A stretch of 64,000 nucleotides of DNA from Marsupella aquatica (lineage: Eukaryota > Plantae > Marchantiophyta), in NCBI GenBank assembly GCA_973895155.1, contig OZ316896.1, positions 10,902,795 to 10,966,794 of the forward strand, in the 5' to 3' direction. The notes beneath the pieces are model-generated. The model saw only the letters and a program-made list of their open reading frames with translations. It searched no databases and was not told the origin of the DNA. A program made the translations under genes and the position numbers. The number at the start of each line of letters is the position of its first letter. The first letter of the stretch is position 1. Positions 1 to 13,069 of this stretch are shown in pieces.

Positions 1-933
1 CGGATAACTTGGCATTGTTGGAAGAATGTTGGTGTGTATGTGAGTCAGAAAGTTCTAGAAGTAAATAGTTGCTTTGAGCTACTGAATATATTTCGTTCTT
101 GATAATTGTGCAATTTAATATGTAATGTTCATGATGCCTGCACGCAATTCATGCAACGCTTTTGCAGGATGCTAACAGCTAACTGGGTGTATTTCCTCGG
201 GATTTGGGTTGTGTGTTGGGCGGAGCAGACGAAATGCAGGATAAGAAGACAGTTGACATGATTATCGGAGATGTTTCCGGTTTCGATGGGCTCAGAAAGA
301 CTCCCGAGGAGTATGTACCTGGAAAAGTCGTAGCGCTGGCTCAAGCTTGAGATGGAGCGGTTCTGTTCTTCGGGTAAACTTTTCTCAATAACTCCTCTGT
401 TTGAACTAGAAATAACAAGTAGGTAAGTAGATCTCTGTCGTGGCCCGATTTGTTCTTTGTTTAATTCTCAATTTCAAGTTAAACAGTCTGTCTACCACAT
501 TCCGTCACCTCAAGAGCCCCTGTTCCCTCTCCCCGTCAGCCAAGTTCTTTTTTCCCTTCGATAACCTGGCTTGGAAGACTACTCCGTTGCCAAAATGGGG
601 GAGATTGATCTGCTCTTCAGGTGTCACATGTTTCGCACTCTTTCAATAACCCGCGATATTTCATTATTTTATCATTTGTTTTTACCATACTAGTTGTTCT
701 GTAGAAATGCAATTTTGAAACAAACCCATAGGAAATAAATATATCTCTGCCAGCCCGACAAACTTGAATTGAAAGCAACAAGGAAGGGAGTGCTGGAGTA
801 AATTTTGTAGGTAGTCAACAATGGGTCCAATGTAAGTAAAATACCTTGACGTCATTATTATGAGCATTGACTTCGTTATCAAAATGTAAATCCATGTTTG
901 GACGCAAGGAATTTTCACAAATCCTTTTTCTAA

Positions 934-1560
934 CATGGATTATTCGTCGATGAATTTAGGGTGGATGGCTTTGAACTTCCTCTGCAGCTTGTCTTGGGGC
1001 AGACTGAGGCTATGGCTGTCCTTACTGTTGCCCAGAACGGAAAAGCAGAAGGCCTTTGCCTAAGCTTGGGGTTTGTCCCTTGCTGCAGTCGGATGGAAGG
1101 TAAGATTGAGACAGAGGTTAGGAATATCGTTGCCGTTCCCTCCCTTTTCTTTTGTTTCAGCAAGTTCTGCATGTAGGAAGAAAGTGAAGATGAAGGCCAC
1201 CCTTCTGGATGGATGCTGAGCATTTTAAGGGTCGCCCAACTTGCCCACTGCATGTAGCTACCGTAGCCTTCTCTGCACTCTCGTTACCTTCTCTGCACTC
1301 TCGTTACGACTTAGGGCTGATGGCATTGGATATTCAACTTGTTCCAGGTGGATCGGGTGGTCATCATTGCAAATGAAAACGATATCTTCTACAGCAGTTT
1401 GGTCCTTACAATTTATTCTCGGCTGCTCTCAAATGCGGCTATTTTAAAGGAAGTGCTGACATGCGACCAACAGATGGAACAGCATTGGCTTTTAGATGCA
1501 GAGCACCACTTTCTGTCCACAGAAAAGTTGCAGAGGACCTACTGGGCCAGAAAGATGAAT
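934..1560 (+). pseudogene. Bifunctional nuclease (BFN/DUF151) family gene fragment, apparently disrupted
   Basis: Three colinear DUF151-like blocks: VDGFELPLQLVLGQTEAMAVL (961 ff.), VDRVVIIANENDIFYSSLVL after a ttccag acceptor (~1348), and DMRPTDGTALAFRCRAPLSV (~1458 ff., cf. DxRPSDAIALALRxxAPI). A frameshift near 1457 separates the last two blocks. Boundaries approximate. Confidence 0.6.
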
Positions 1561-3065
1561 TATCGAAAAAGACTCAGGTTGATCCTTTGAACCAACCTGG
1601 TTTGCAAGCCAACGCTGGAACCCTCCCGGTGGTTGTTGGGAGCCTGGTAGCTAGTATTGAATGTTAGCCTGATTGTACAGTAGATTCCTCTTCGATGAGT
1701 AGACTTCAAAGTGTTTAAGAACTCCCCTCTGGAAAGAGTGTGTAGGCAATTGCTGTCTCTGTAGACCAATGTAACTTCTTCATAGGAATTCGGAACTATT
1801 GTATGGTTTGTATGGATAGTACTATGTTGGTAGGAATAGGGGATTTGTAGATTTGACATCACCTTTATCAGACAATCAATACATGAAACCTCACTCGTTG
1901 AGATGCCTCCACTTTTCTTCAGAAATAGTTCATGATGCAGCCTTGTACCAAGCGACGTATTACAAACGCTTTGAAAGACTGAAATTCTGGGTTTGTCTTC
2001 CTGATTGGGGTGGTAATATTTGTCCGACCATCATATTTCATATTCTCAGCGGGACAGCACCTTTCGTATATGGGATTGTATAATTCAAAGTAACTGACTC
2101 TTGCTTGAAAGTAAATGGTATTGAGAACACGAGATTCCATTTTCAGTCTTCCGACTTGACAAGGCTAAATTGTGTTTATTTGGTCCGGTGGACATAAGGT
2201 TTGTGATTCTGATTGTTGGCGCTATGAATTAAAAGCTAACTGTAATGGACTACAACACTGGTATTTTGATACCGGAGAAAATAACAACAATGCAGAGAAC
2301 AGAGCACTGAAATTTGTCCCTGCTCAAGTGAGGGAAGCAGGAAGCAAATAATTTTAGTACTCTGAAATGGATCAGTAACATTCCCTTCGAAATCATAGCA
2401 TAAATCAATATTCATAGGGCTCTGATCGCTAGACTTCCTCGTACGTATTGGTTGACTCATGCACATTTAGCCACTGTGGCAAAGAAGGAGACCCAATGGT
2501 AAAATGGGCCAGCATAAAGGTTTAACAATTGCAACTCTTGCTAATAATGAAGGAGTAGAAACCAATTCAATACCAATATGAAACCTTATTTGAACCGCAA
2601 GTTGTTTCTACACCTGTTTGTAGTCGACCACAAGATTTAGACATCAACTTCTAAAGAAATTTTGTTGCAACCACGTGCCTTCCTCTCAACAATGTGGCTC
2701 AGGCACAAGAACACACCATACAGCTAGCTGGAGGTATGCTTGTACTTATTCAATTGTTTCTGGTTGGTTTTTGTTGTTGTTGTTGTTGTTGTAATTATGC
2801 AAACTTTAAAGGTCCTTTTATAAGTCTTGGAACTGGGAAGGGCAATCTGGTCGATTTGAGCTCCAGTTTGTGTCAACCAATTACACTTCTCTCCATGCCG
2901 AGATGTGAACTCAAGTAAAACTATGAACCAAGTAGTCTTTGTTTTTTTAGATCACCAGCTGTATTCTTGCATACATTCTTTGTCTAAGATCGACCTTCGC
3001 CTTTTTGTGGTCACTGCACATCAAAACGCAAAGGGACAGATATACCTTGCTACTTGGAAGTAAGA

Positions 3066-3238
3066 ACACTCACCCCTCACTGATTAACAAGAAAAATCTG
3101 GTTTATAGTGGTCTGGAAAATCGCAGTTGCAGTGACACAGAGCTTCGAGTCTACACTCACCCCTCACTGATTACAAGAAAAATCTGGTTTATAGTGGTCT
3201 GGAAAATGGCAGTTGCAGTGACACAGAGCTTCGAGTCT
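3066..3238. repeat. Tandem duplication of an ~87-bp unit
   Basis: acactcacccctcactgatt...gacacagagcttcgagtct occurs twice back to back with only a few differences. Confidence 0.9.
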
Positions 3239-4807
3239 GCTGATTAGTGTAACAAGCTATCCCTCTGTGCCGCATCATTCTGGGGAAACCTCTCTCTCCA
3301 GATAGATTAAAATCGGCACCAGGAAAGTGATTCGTTGGGACCCCCACAGTGACATTTCTCAATTTTCACGTCGGAGAAACCCAGCATTCATGATTCCTTT
3401 CATGGGAATACCGAAGAATTGCTTCACGAACCCAATAACCGACCTATTTGAAAGCCCGTTTGAAAGAGCATGCGTTCTCGTCGCGCGTCCTACAAATTTG
3501 ATCGACTTGTGTTTGCCTTTGAGACAAGTTGACCAATTTGAGTTTACAGGTCGACTCTGACAATACGTCTCCTGAAACTAGCCGTGGAATGCGTCGCCAC
3601 GGCTTACGTAACGTTCCCCGCTGGAAACTTCAAAGCCAAGCACGTTTCGGAGCTCCTTATAGACACAGACCGCAGCGAAACTTCTTCAGTCTTGGGACCT
3701 GAAGAAGCTGGAGCTCGTCGCTTCTCACGTCTAAACACTCAGTCGATCGACCAGACGTCTAGTCTCTGCTCAAAGTAACACTTATCCAGTACTCGGTCGA
3801 GACGCTTTAATGCTCGGCAATATGTGAACTGGCTAGGGTTCGTTGATACTGCCAGTGTTAGCTAGTGATCGATTCATGCGAATTGCTCAAACATGGGGGT
3901 TTTCGGTCCTCGCACGCTATTTTGCATATTTCTGCTATGGATCGTACTCGTCTTGCAGGTCGTATTCGCACTTTCTTGGGATCTTAACCGCTTGATTATC
4001 TTGTTCTTCAGGCGGTGATAGCGGGAGTGACAAGATCTACAGAGTATTTTCTTGTTTTGCTTGAACAGTATGGAGCCCTTCGGACAATTTCTTCTGCAAT
4101 TGCTGATCTTCGAAATCGCATTAATCCAGGGCCCGCGGACAGCTACATTTTGTTTAATTCTTGGGATGGGTCTCGGATTTCTTCAATTGTTCAGAATGGT
4201 TCGCTTCGTTTTCAACGACTAGATGATCATCGAGACCGACAAACGGACAGACAGATGGACATCGCTTGATACCACTTAGATGGCTGACAAGCAAGCGCTA
4301 CTTGGGATTTCAATGCACCCAAAGCAATTGTTCCGATCGGGACTGGGCCATTTTGCCGTACTTGGCAGTGCTTGACCTACTGGAATCGATTCATAATGAA
4401 AGCCCGATGCTATCTGTCCGCCGACTTAATTCGTGTCCTCCCTCACCGACCGAAAAGCAATCCACTACTTCAGCAAGCTCGTATTATCTCCAGATTTCAG
4501 CGGAATTGGTAATGAAGTCCTGAACATCTTCGGGTTTCCGTGTCTGATTAATTACTTTTGGGCAAGTTTCCGATTACCGCTAGTAACCTAAGTTACGTGA
4601 ACATTCTGCCAAATTGTCATAGCTCAGCATATTTGGTCTGATTGTGACAGCTACTCTTCCATGCTCGTGTTTAGCTGCAAGATTGAGCCCTCCGCTGATT
4701 TCAGTGGCTGAAGCTCTGGGGCCCGGCTTCTACTCCTGTACACTGATTGGGCTTCCGTTTTCTTTGACTAACGCAGTGATTACGTTCAGGAGAACGAGAG
4801 CATTTCA

Positions 4808-5443
4808 ATGCCGCCTGGTATTCCGATAAGTGCTTCCCCCTGCCAGCCGGAACCACGCTCCAGAAGAACACTTTGGCGGATAGAAGTCTCAGACGTTATA
4901 GAACCACTGTATCTAGATTCAGCTCCTCATCAGAGTGTCATGGGTTCAAGAAGATACGTTGCTGTATTCTATTGCGGTGATTTCTGGGCTTCAAATCTCA
5001 CCTATCTGGAGTTCAAGGGTAACGAAGTGTGTCTGACTCGCTTGGGAGACATTATAACAAAGAATAAGAGACTCGAGAGCCCTCATACTAGGGGCGATGT
5101 CTATCTTCTCAATTACAACGCACCTTTACCAGAGTCAGTTGTCTCTGCTTTGCTGTCCGTCAGCGGTGAAGGTTTACGATCCCTTCTTATTGCTCATCTT
5201 GAAGCCCCTTTTCCAGATGGATGGAAAGATCGCCATCAGTGGGTTGTGCGCAACACGTCGCAAATGAAGCTAGACGGTCAACTGGCACTGCTTCCAAGTC
5301 ATCCTCCCGACGACTACCAGCTCCTTTCGTGTCTTGAGACTGGATGGGAAGACTATCCTTTTCGCTTGGTAGCTTTGTTTCTGAGGAGCTATGTCAGACC
5401 ATGGTTGCCGACTGCCATTCATAGCCCGATTCATAGTTACTAG
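4808..5443 (+). CDS. Hypothetical 211-aa ORF, possibly the last exon of a spliced lineage-specific gene
   Basis: Long ORF of normal composition preceded by an acceptor-like ttacgttcag (~4789). No recognisable domain. Confidence 0.3.
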   Translation: MPPGIPISASPCQPEPRSRRTLWRIEVSDVIEPLYLDSAPHQSVMGSRRYVAVFYCGDFWASNLTYLEFKGNEVCLTRLGDIITKNKRLESPHTRGDVYLLNYNAPLPESVVSALLSVSGEGLRSLLIAHLEAPFPDGWKDRHQWVVRNTSQMKLDGQLALLPSHPPDDYQLLSCLETGWEDYPFRLVALFLRSYVRPWLPTAIHSPIHSY

Positions 5444-7036
5444 GATAGAAAGAATATTGCCGACTAGCTCACGCATGGACTTGCTAGTGTCAAAATATTG
5501 TCTCGAATTTCCTATCAAAATCTAGGCGCATGACAGCGATAAAGTTGTAAAGACCTGGACTTGCTTTAGAAAGCAAAGGTTGTACATAGGCGGCGGCTCT
5601 CACGCCCAAAGACTGGCATCCTTGCCCAGATGTCTAGGCACAGTCCTTGTATAGAGTTCGAGTTTTTTTCCCCAGCTCATTTATACTGGGTGCTGTATCT
5701 TTTCGGAGGTGAATTAAGGAGGTTCCACAGAAGTATATGGTCTCTCTGTGCAGGATTAACTCCGCTATGCCGAAGTCAAATTCAGTATGAGAGCCTAAGA
5801 GGTTGAATGTTATTCTGTTCCCCTGCTCAAAAACAGAACTCGCATCATGACGTAGTTGTTGCGAATCCTTAATTTTACATTGACCTTTCCAGGTCGAAAC
5901 AGTCGTAGAGGCAGATGTCCCAATTAAAGGACGCGGGAGACGAGGAGACTTGGTTCTCGCTCACACAATCCTCTCCCCATTAACACATGCCTGCTTTGGA
6001 ACAGCAATTGTTGACGTTGTTAAGAGCTTGCAGAGCACTGTCTTCCTGTGTCATTATACTCTTGAAGCAAAAGAAGGACCCAAGGATCGGACATTGAGAT
6101 TGCGCTTACTTTGTCTGGCAACAAGGCTTCTAAAACTCAAACTCATAGCAGATCTATGAATGACACTAAAGTCAACTGTGCTCTTCGACTTGGGTTGGTA
6201 TGTATTTCTTAGACACGGGTACCAGCCCTACGGAGTTGCGGTTCGCTATACTGCATAAATGATCGCTGAAAATAGAGAAATTAATTTTTTTAATAAAAAT
6301 ATTGTAGCAGTAGTTTCGATCACCAAGGTCAATCCAAGGACCTCGACGTGAACAAAATTTCTCTCACAATTCATAACCATTTGTAGGATTAATACATGCT
6401 CAACTTTGCCCAAAGAACATTCCCAAAATTTAGATGTCATCCATGCCGATAATGAGCTATGATTTCTCTTCCAAAATTTGTCGCCGTTGATTGCAATAAT
6501 GTCCTTTGGCAGGTCCTCATGCCATATCGAGTGGGTTTTGTAAAGGGCTGCATTCATCTAACTTGGGCCGTTACATTTTAAAAGCCCGGTCCAATTGGAA
6601 ATTGCTACGGATTCTACTCGTTGTGCCTCAAATTTGAAATCCAGAGGTTGACGCGGCGATTGCATCTTTTGAAACCAGACCTGCCACATCGTGCACGGAA
6701 GCAGAAAATGTCAAAGTCCCCGGAAGCAGAAAATGCCGTTCCAAAGCCTCGTTATAATCTCAGACTGTTCCAAACCTTCTTCAGTCCTGGGATCTCACGC
6801 TAGCTGTAGCGCATCTGTTCTCACGACCAGTTGCTGAAGTGAATCTGTTCCCGGGACTCAGTCGATCCACCAGACGAGGCTGTGCTCATGCACAGTCGTG
6901 ACATCGACTACACAGCTCTTCAGTTCAGGCACTAGTCTGGTCGTCTTCTGCTCGGAACTGTGGAGGGTTCTGGCAGTTAAATCTGTAGGCAGTGCCCCGG
7001 GCAGTGCATGCCCTGTAGGCGGAATGGTCGAAAGCG

Positions 7037-7324
7037 ATGAATCCAGTTGACGACTTTTGCAATAGTTTCTTTGTGGTTCTGACGATCACATTCTGGGTTG
7101 GTCTGGACCTCGCAGTAGCAGGCCTAAAAGCAATTTCTCACATTTGCAGTGAAGTGGTATGGTCAATCCTTGAGAGCTGTCTTCAATGCACCCACTCATG
7201 CACTGTCATCCGCTGGGAGATACACAATTGCATAGATTTGCAATGGCGACGGCATCCGCTTTCAAATGTGTGCATTGCCCTCCGACTTCAGCATATTTGG
7301 TTTGATGTCGAATCTCGGAGTTGA
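7037..7324 (+). CDS. Small hydrophobic (TM-like) protein, paralog of 8363-8560
   Basis: MNPVDDFCNSFFVVLTITFWVGLDLAVAGLKAISHIC aligns without gaps to MDPVEEFCKSLVLFVVTVVFAGLDLALAGVKVIAHIC. Both share the upstream gtaggcggaatggtcgaaagcgATG. Confidence 0.4.
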   Translation: MNPVDDFCNSFFVVLTITFWVGLDLAVAGLKAISHICSEVVWSILESCLQCTHSCTVIRWEIHNCIDLQWRRHPLSNVCIALRLQHIWFDVESRS

Positions 7325-7645
7325 GTTTCTGTGTATTTTTGGAAGTGTTTTTGAGCATAGGTAACGCTGAATTTTCAATTTGAGAGTATTGAACATCGTG
7401 CGCATTGTCTCAGAATGCACTTCAGCCACGAAATCGGCGTTGACGCCTCCGGCCCCAACGCGGTTGCAGTCTTGGGACCTGAAGCGGTAGCACGTCGGCT
7501 GTCATCACTCCGGTGATCCACCGCACGAGATCGAGCCTGCTGAAAAGAAACGCTCGGTACAGAGCGGTCATTTGCTCAACATTGTAGACGCCGAGGTTTG
7601 TGGGCTAGCGCTGTTCGCGCGACACACGAGACTTGCTCGAGTACG

Positions 7646-7876
7646 ATGCATTCTGTTTTGGGCAATTGGTCGTGGTTCTTTGTATCCGCTTTTCTATATC
7701 TGACATGCATAACGCAAATGCACGCAGTCTCATACTCAATAGTTGAAATTCTCATTATCCTCGCTTTCATTATCCTCGGCCTGTACGCAGTAGTTGCAAC
7801 TTTCATTATCCTCGGGCATTACATTGCAGTAGAATTACGCAATCGCTTCAGGCACCTACATCGGCATTGGCGTTAG
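7646..7876 (+). CDS. Small hydrophobic ORF of the same local family
   Basis: Two hydrophobic stretches. VVATFIILGHYIAVE resembles IVETFIILFHYMIVE in the 8363 ORF. Confidence 0.3.
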   Translation: MHSVLGNWSWFFVSAFLYLTCITQMHAVSYSIVEILIILAFIILGLYAVVATFIILGHYIAVELRNRFRHLHRHWR

Positions 7877-8362
7877 ATCAGTTGATCGGAATACTGACAG
7901 GGTGTTGTTGGGAAGCGCTACTTCCGACCGGACCATTGTGTGGTACATTAGATCGTGTAGCCTCGTGAAAATCGATTTGCATGATCGAAGCCCGACGCTA
8001 TATTTGCTCTGATAGTCCACCTTGGTCACCTCTCGCAGATACCTGCAATGCGATCCACTAACTGGTTCAGGTGAGCATGTGTGCATTAATTGTCTCGGAC
8101 TGCAGCCCGACTGCTTGATCCATTATGAAGCTCAAAGTCGATCCCTACTGTGTGTTGTTGCCTAGGTTTTCAAGATCGGAGATCCCGAGTCCTGAACATT
8201 TTCCCGTCCTGTCTCAGAATTCAACATAATCAGGGAACGCGCTTGAGATCTCTTCATAATGCGATACTGCTCCAAAACTTCGTCCAGAAGAGTAACTGTG
8301 GAGAGTTCCGTCAATTAAATCTGTGTGCAGTGCGTGCCATGTAGGCGGAATGGTCGAAAGCG

Positions 8363-8560
8363 ATGGATCCAGTTGAGGAGTTTTGCAAGAGTCTCGTTCT
8401 GTTTGTGGTGACCGTAGTTTTTGCTGGTTTGGACCTCGCCCTAGCTGGCGTAAAAGTAATAGCTCACATTTGCGGTCAAGTTGCAATAGTTGAAACTTTC
8501 ATTATACTGTTTCATTACATGATAGTCGAACCATTAGATCAGTTCATCGGAATAAGCTGA
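8363..8560 (+). CDS. Small hydrophobic (TM-like) protein, paralog of 7037-7324
   Basis: Differs from the 7037 copy by synonymous and hydrophobic-for-hydrophobic codon changes. Confidence 0.4.
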   Translation: MDPVEEFCKSLVLFVVTVVFAGLDLALAGVKVIAHICGQVAIVETFIILFHYMIVEPLDQFIGIS

Positions 8561-10069
8561 CGGGGTCTTTCACAGCATTGTGGACGGCGGGGTTTGTGGG
8601 TTAGCGCAGTTCGCGCCACACACGAGAATTGCTCAAATACGATGGATCCTGTTTTGGGCGATATATTGGACGGGGCTGCTCCTATCCACGTTTCTATATT
8701 TGATAATTATGCATGATGCAGTTGAACGCAGGCCTATGCGCAATAGTTCAAACTTTCATGCTCCCTAATCGTGCAGACTTGCATTCGCATACTCTACAAG
8801 ATCAATCGCTTCAGGGCCCTACGTACATCAGCATGGGCACTAGATTATTTCATGAGAATCGGCTGAGAGTGCGTTCTTGGGAAAAGCTCTTTCCGACCGG
8901 ACCATTGCGTTGTGTAGCTGTGAGAATCGATTGCATGAGCGAAGCCCGACGCAATATTTTGCTCTCGCAGGTACCTGCAATGTGATCCACTGAATGTTTC
9001 AGGTGAGCATGTGTGCATTGTCTCGGACTGCAGCACGTCTGCTTTAATTCATTTTGAACCTCAAAGTCGATCGCTAGTGTGTTGCTTTTGGCTAGGATTT
9101 CAAGATCAGAGATCTAGTCCTGAACATTTTGCCGTACTGTCTCAGAACTCAGCATAATCAGGGAAACACGCTTTAAACCTCAGTCTTCAGAATGCGAGAC
9201 TGCTCCAAAACTTCTCCAGTCCTGGAACGTGAAAGCCTGTCCCTCGTCAGTCCTCACAGTCCTCACAATTCAGCGGCCTTCCTCAGCTCTACTGACTGAC
9301 GATTACTCCTGATCAGCTAGAGATGTCTTGCTCTGCCCCGCACGGCCATTTTCTGTCGCTGCTTCGTACTCAACGTCATCCAATGCTTCAGCATGTGAGT
9401 ATTGTTCCATATTCCAGCATGTCTAGTTTGCTTTGAAGTTAATCGTCGATTTCCAGTGTGTGTTCATTCGCGAGATTTGGATCGTAGCTTAGCTCAGACA
9501 ATCAAAAATTGGAGAGTCTTCAGCATTTAAATTGGTTTGGTTAATAAATCATTTAATTAGATACAGTCCTGAATTTTGATCTGTATTCTCTCGTACTGCA
9601 CTGTTTTTCATTCTGCAAGGTCATCCTTGTTTGCCAACGTGTGTTTGGGGGTTGGTAAAGCTCAATCCCTAAGTTGAAGGATTCGACCAGCGTTCTGTCA
9701 GTCCCAAATTGCATAACTAGGCTTGCATTGGTGGACTCCACTGCCCGCTCCATTGGTCTCAGACCAAGCAAACCGTGTTCCGACTAGAAACCCTGGTGAA
9801 TCTATCTCTAACTAACGGAGAGTACTTCAATTTATCAGCTCTGCGTGACGCAGATTGTCAACTGATTACGTCCAGGAGGTCGAGAGGACTTCAATGGCCC
9901 TTGGCATACTGATGGCTGCTTCAGAAAGCTATTCTTCAGAAAGCTGCAGAGGGCAACTCGGAGTCGCAGACGCCATGCCGCCAGTTCACGTCCCCTCGCC
10001 AACAGATAGTCGTGCACCAGTGGCAAGGACATGTGTCCTAGCATTCGATTGTGGTGATTGCGATTCGCG

Positions 10070-10290
10070 CCCATCTGGGGTCGACGGTAACTAAGAGCGT
10101 ATGGCCTTTTCGAGACGAACAAGGCACCTCACAGATCCGACACAGACTCTCAATTACGAAGTAACAGAGTGCGCTGTTTGTGATTTGCAGTTTGCCAGAG
10201 ATGAGGGATGGCGCGATCCCTTGTTGTTGCTCGTATCTCGCACCATTCCGGATGCATGGAATGATTGCAACGTGTCGCAATGAAATCGCA
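10070..10290 (+). pseudogene. Degenerate ATL-type RING-H2 E3 ligase fragment
   Basis: SGVD...*ERMAFSR (GLD-like motif), then TECAVCDLQFARDE, then after a frameshift ...PCC...ATCRNEI. Several RING ligands are missing. Confidence 0.4.
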
Positions 10291-12168
10291 ATGAAACCTA
10301 GAGGGTCAGATAGCTCGAATGTGGTCCAACGACAGTTTCATGTACTCTTCGTATGTCGACCCCGGATTGGACCGCTTGGGGACGACATCGGATCGTAGCC
10401 CCTAGTGGATGCTCTACGATAGCGCCCGTGGACGAACTCTCAGATTGGTACTAGGATCATGCAAGTGCCGGAAAACTTTGGATTGTTGGGAGAACGTGAG
10501 GCACACTTTGTGTATGTGAGTTAGAAAATTTAAAGATGTACATAGTTGCAGCAGCCGGCAAGCAACAGAGCTCCCATTTCACAACCTCTTCGACTTGTTC
10601 CTGTTGATAATCTGGCTAGATACTGCCAAGTCGGCTCTTCCTTAGCACAAGCAATTCGAAGTACTTCGTCTGTGTAAAAGTCTTTCTCTCCGAATCATTG
10701 GTAATGAACGCATGGTTTCTCTTCCCTGCTTCCCTCGATGCTCGCTGAAGTTCTGCAAAACAACTATTGTCTAACAACTATTGTCTGGACGAACAAACAT
10801 GTATACCTTGCCCATCCTTACTACGTTCATGCACGATCAAGTTCTGCATATGCTCTAGTCTTATTTTTAGAAGATTCAGGAAGTGTTCGTGATGCTTTAC
10901 CATTGAGCTCTGCAGCCAAGGTCAGAACAGCAAAAGCTCCTCACTAAGATCGATCATTTCAAGACGACCCACAGTGATGATTCGGGCCCGACGAAGGTTA
11001 TCGTAAGTAAAGAGGAACAAAATACATACAACCATGACGAACTTCATTAAAGTGTTCCCTTACTTTCGAATATACAGACCGACTCGGTTAACCCTTAATG
11101 CTCACAGCTTATATCAAGGTTTATTCACATGTACTGCTTGACATAGTCCTATGCAGTTGCTGCAATTCTCGATCTATGGATACTCTATTAAACTGTCAGG
11201 TCCTTCCATATTAAGCAACGGGAAGCACCAAGAACAACCAGCTCACCACAGATGTGAATCTCGATCAGAGACTCTTTCTAACATGTCCGCACTCATAATT
11301 CTCTTGAATGAATAGCCGTCACTGCATCTCCACTACAACCTGTCAGGGGCCTTCAGAGTATCACAGAAGATTTGCATACCTTCAATGTCCAATAACTGTG
11401 GACGACAATTGTCAGCTGAAGCAGACAAAATCATACAAGTCCCCCTGAAAATTTTCTTCACGATAAATACATCTAGCACAATCTGTAGGGTGGTAACACT
11501 TCTAGGTAAAAATCCAACCCCAGAGAAGAACATTCTAATTCAATTAACAAATTCGGTCCTCCTTAAACCCTCCAATGAACCCTATAAAGGGCGTCAAAAT
11601 TTTACTTGCATTCTGTTCATACCAAGGTTGACATTGGAACTTTCCACTGGACGGTGGTTCGAGAAATGGATTGATGGATCGAATTTCCAGTGACAATTAA
11701 TATTAGCATACCCTAACATTAATAAAACGATAGTAAAACAACAGTAAATAGAAGAGTTTGCTTTTGACCTAATTTACCACTCTTTCCCCATTTACTATGC
11801 TCAAATTCAAATCTTTCCATTATCAGAAACGAGAACTGCCAAAAACATTTGCAGTAGTCTAGTATAGAATTGCAAGGAAGATATTCAGGGGGTTGCGAAT
11901 TTCGGTTTCCAGATATCAACATTAATTTCAAATTTGGGACCAAACAAGGGAGGAGTGGCTCTCGCTTAGCTTAAAAAGACTATTGAGCCTGATCATGCTC
12001 TACAAGTTGACTCGTGATGACTGTCACCGTTACAGAAGACAGGTTGGTTTCCTCTAGATGAGCACACACCAAATGTTACGTCTCTATGCATGAAAATACA
12101 CTCAGTCGCTCGCAGGACAGTTGCAGCAAGGGACCTTGGTTACAGAATGAGAAACCACAGCGGCAAAA

Positions 12169-12741
12169 CTACGCTCCAGGTCCACCAATTCCTGGTGGCA
12201 TTCCAAGGCTTTCTGCCAAACTCTTCATCCGCTCCTTCATGGCCAATACACTCTTCGAGTGTGCGTCCTTGTAGGCTTCATTGATGAGCTCTGCGAGCTT
12301 ATCTGCACCGACCTCCATGGCCGCTTCCAAAACCTCCACTCGCACGGGCTCTTGATTTCCGGAAAGAGTCACCTTAATGAGTTCGTCCTTGCAATAACCA
12401 TCGAACTCCGCGGACGCAAGCTCTTTTTGCACGCGCACCGCCTCCACTTGCACTACCTGCTGCGCTTTCCTAACAGTGTCGTAAAGCCCTAACATATTAG
12501 GGAACATCCCCCCTTTCTTGCCGCCCTCCTCCCCGGACGCATCGCCGTTCTCCTTCTTACCTCCTCCCCACAGACTTCTAATTACCACACCCCGACCTCT
12601 TCTCGCTGTCGTCGAGGGAGCCATCTTCACTACCGTCACATCCTTCAATGGCGTCCCCCGGAGACATCCTGTTGACTGAATCCGATCCAGGCAGACTCTA
12701 CGATTCCCCGACAGCAATATCTGGTTCGTTGCTGCCGCCAT
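12169..12741 (-). CDS. Plastid-targeted YbaB/EbfC-family protein (STIC2-like), 190 aa, intronless
   Basis: Transit-peptide-like N-terminus followed by LYDTVRKAQQVVQVEAVRVQKELASAEFDGYCKDELIKVTLSGNQEP...AYKDAHSKSVLAMKERMKSLAESLGMP, typical of plant YbaB/EbfC homologs. Confidence 0.93.
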   Translation of the reverse strand: MAAATNQILLSGNRRVCLDRIQSTGCLRGTPLKDVTVVKMAPSTTARRGRGVVIRSLWGGGKKENGDASGEEGGKKGGMFPNMLGLYDTVRKAQQVVQVEAVRVQKELASAEFDGYCKDELIKVTLSGNQEPVRVEVLEAAMEVGADKLAELINEAYKDAHSKSVLAMKERMKSLAESLGMPPGIGGPGA

Positions 12742-13069
12742 AGCTCCGCTCCACGACCTTGCGTTCTTCGCGACTAATCAATCGCTTCCCTCAAAGCAAT
12801 CCTTCCGCCACAACCCGCAAACTACTGTACAATAAGCAGTCTTTGTTCGTTCGCTGGATCCCGCAAAACCCACTCAAAATCCGCTCCAGCAATCTCTTCG
12901 CGTCTCGATGTCCTCTGTAATTCCTACGAACTGAATCAGCACATCCTCAGCTTGCATTCGCCTTCTCTATCTTCCTCTGCGCGCTTGCGCAAACCTCGTT
13001 GCTATGATTGAGATCGCTTGCTGTCTGCTGTCCGTGGCGACACCTTGCTTCATCCGGAGATGGGCCTGC

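Larger units (their letters stand above)
7590..9230. repeat. Diverged direct segmental duplication (~7590-8290 vs ~8588-9230; also ~6958-7160 vs ~8296-8490)
   Basis: Shared blocks such as ggtttgtggg(c/t)tagcgc, ttccgaccggaccattg, tacctgcaatg(c/t)gatccact, caggtgagcatgtgtgcatt and gtctcggactgcagc. Confidence 0.85.

Noticed and set aside
2770-2792. (TTG)n microsatellite giving a poly-Cys ORF
   Set aside because: Simple repeat with no coding evidence.
12169-12741. Bacterial contamination or recent HGT of ybaB
   Set aside because: It has a transit-peptide-like extension and plant-type sequence in a plant TE context; a normal nuclear gene for a plastid protein.
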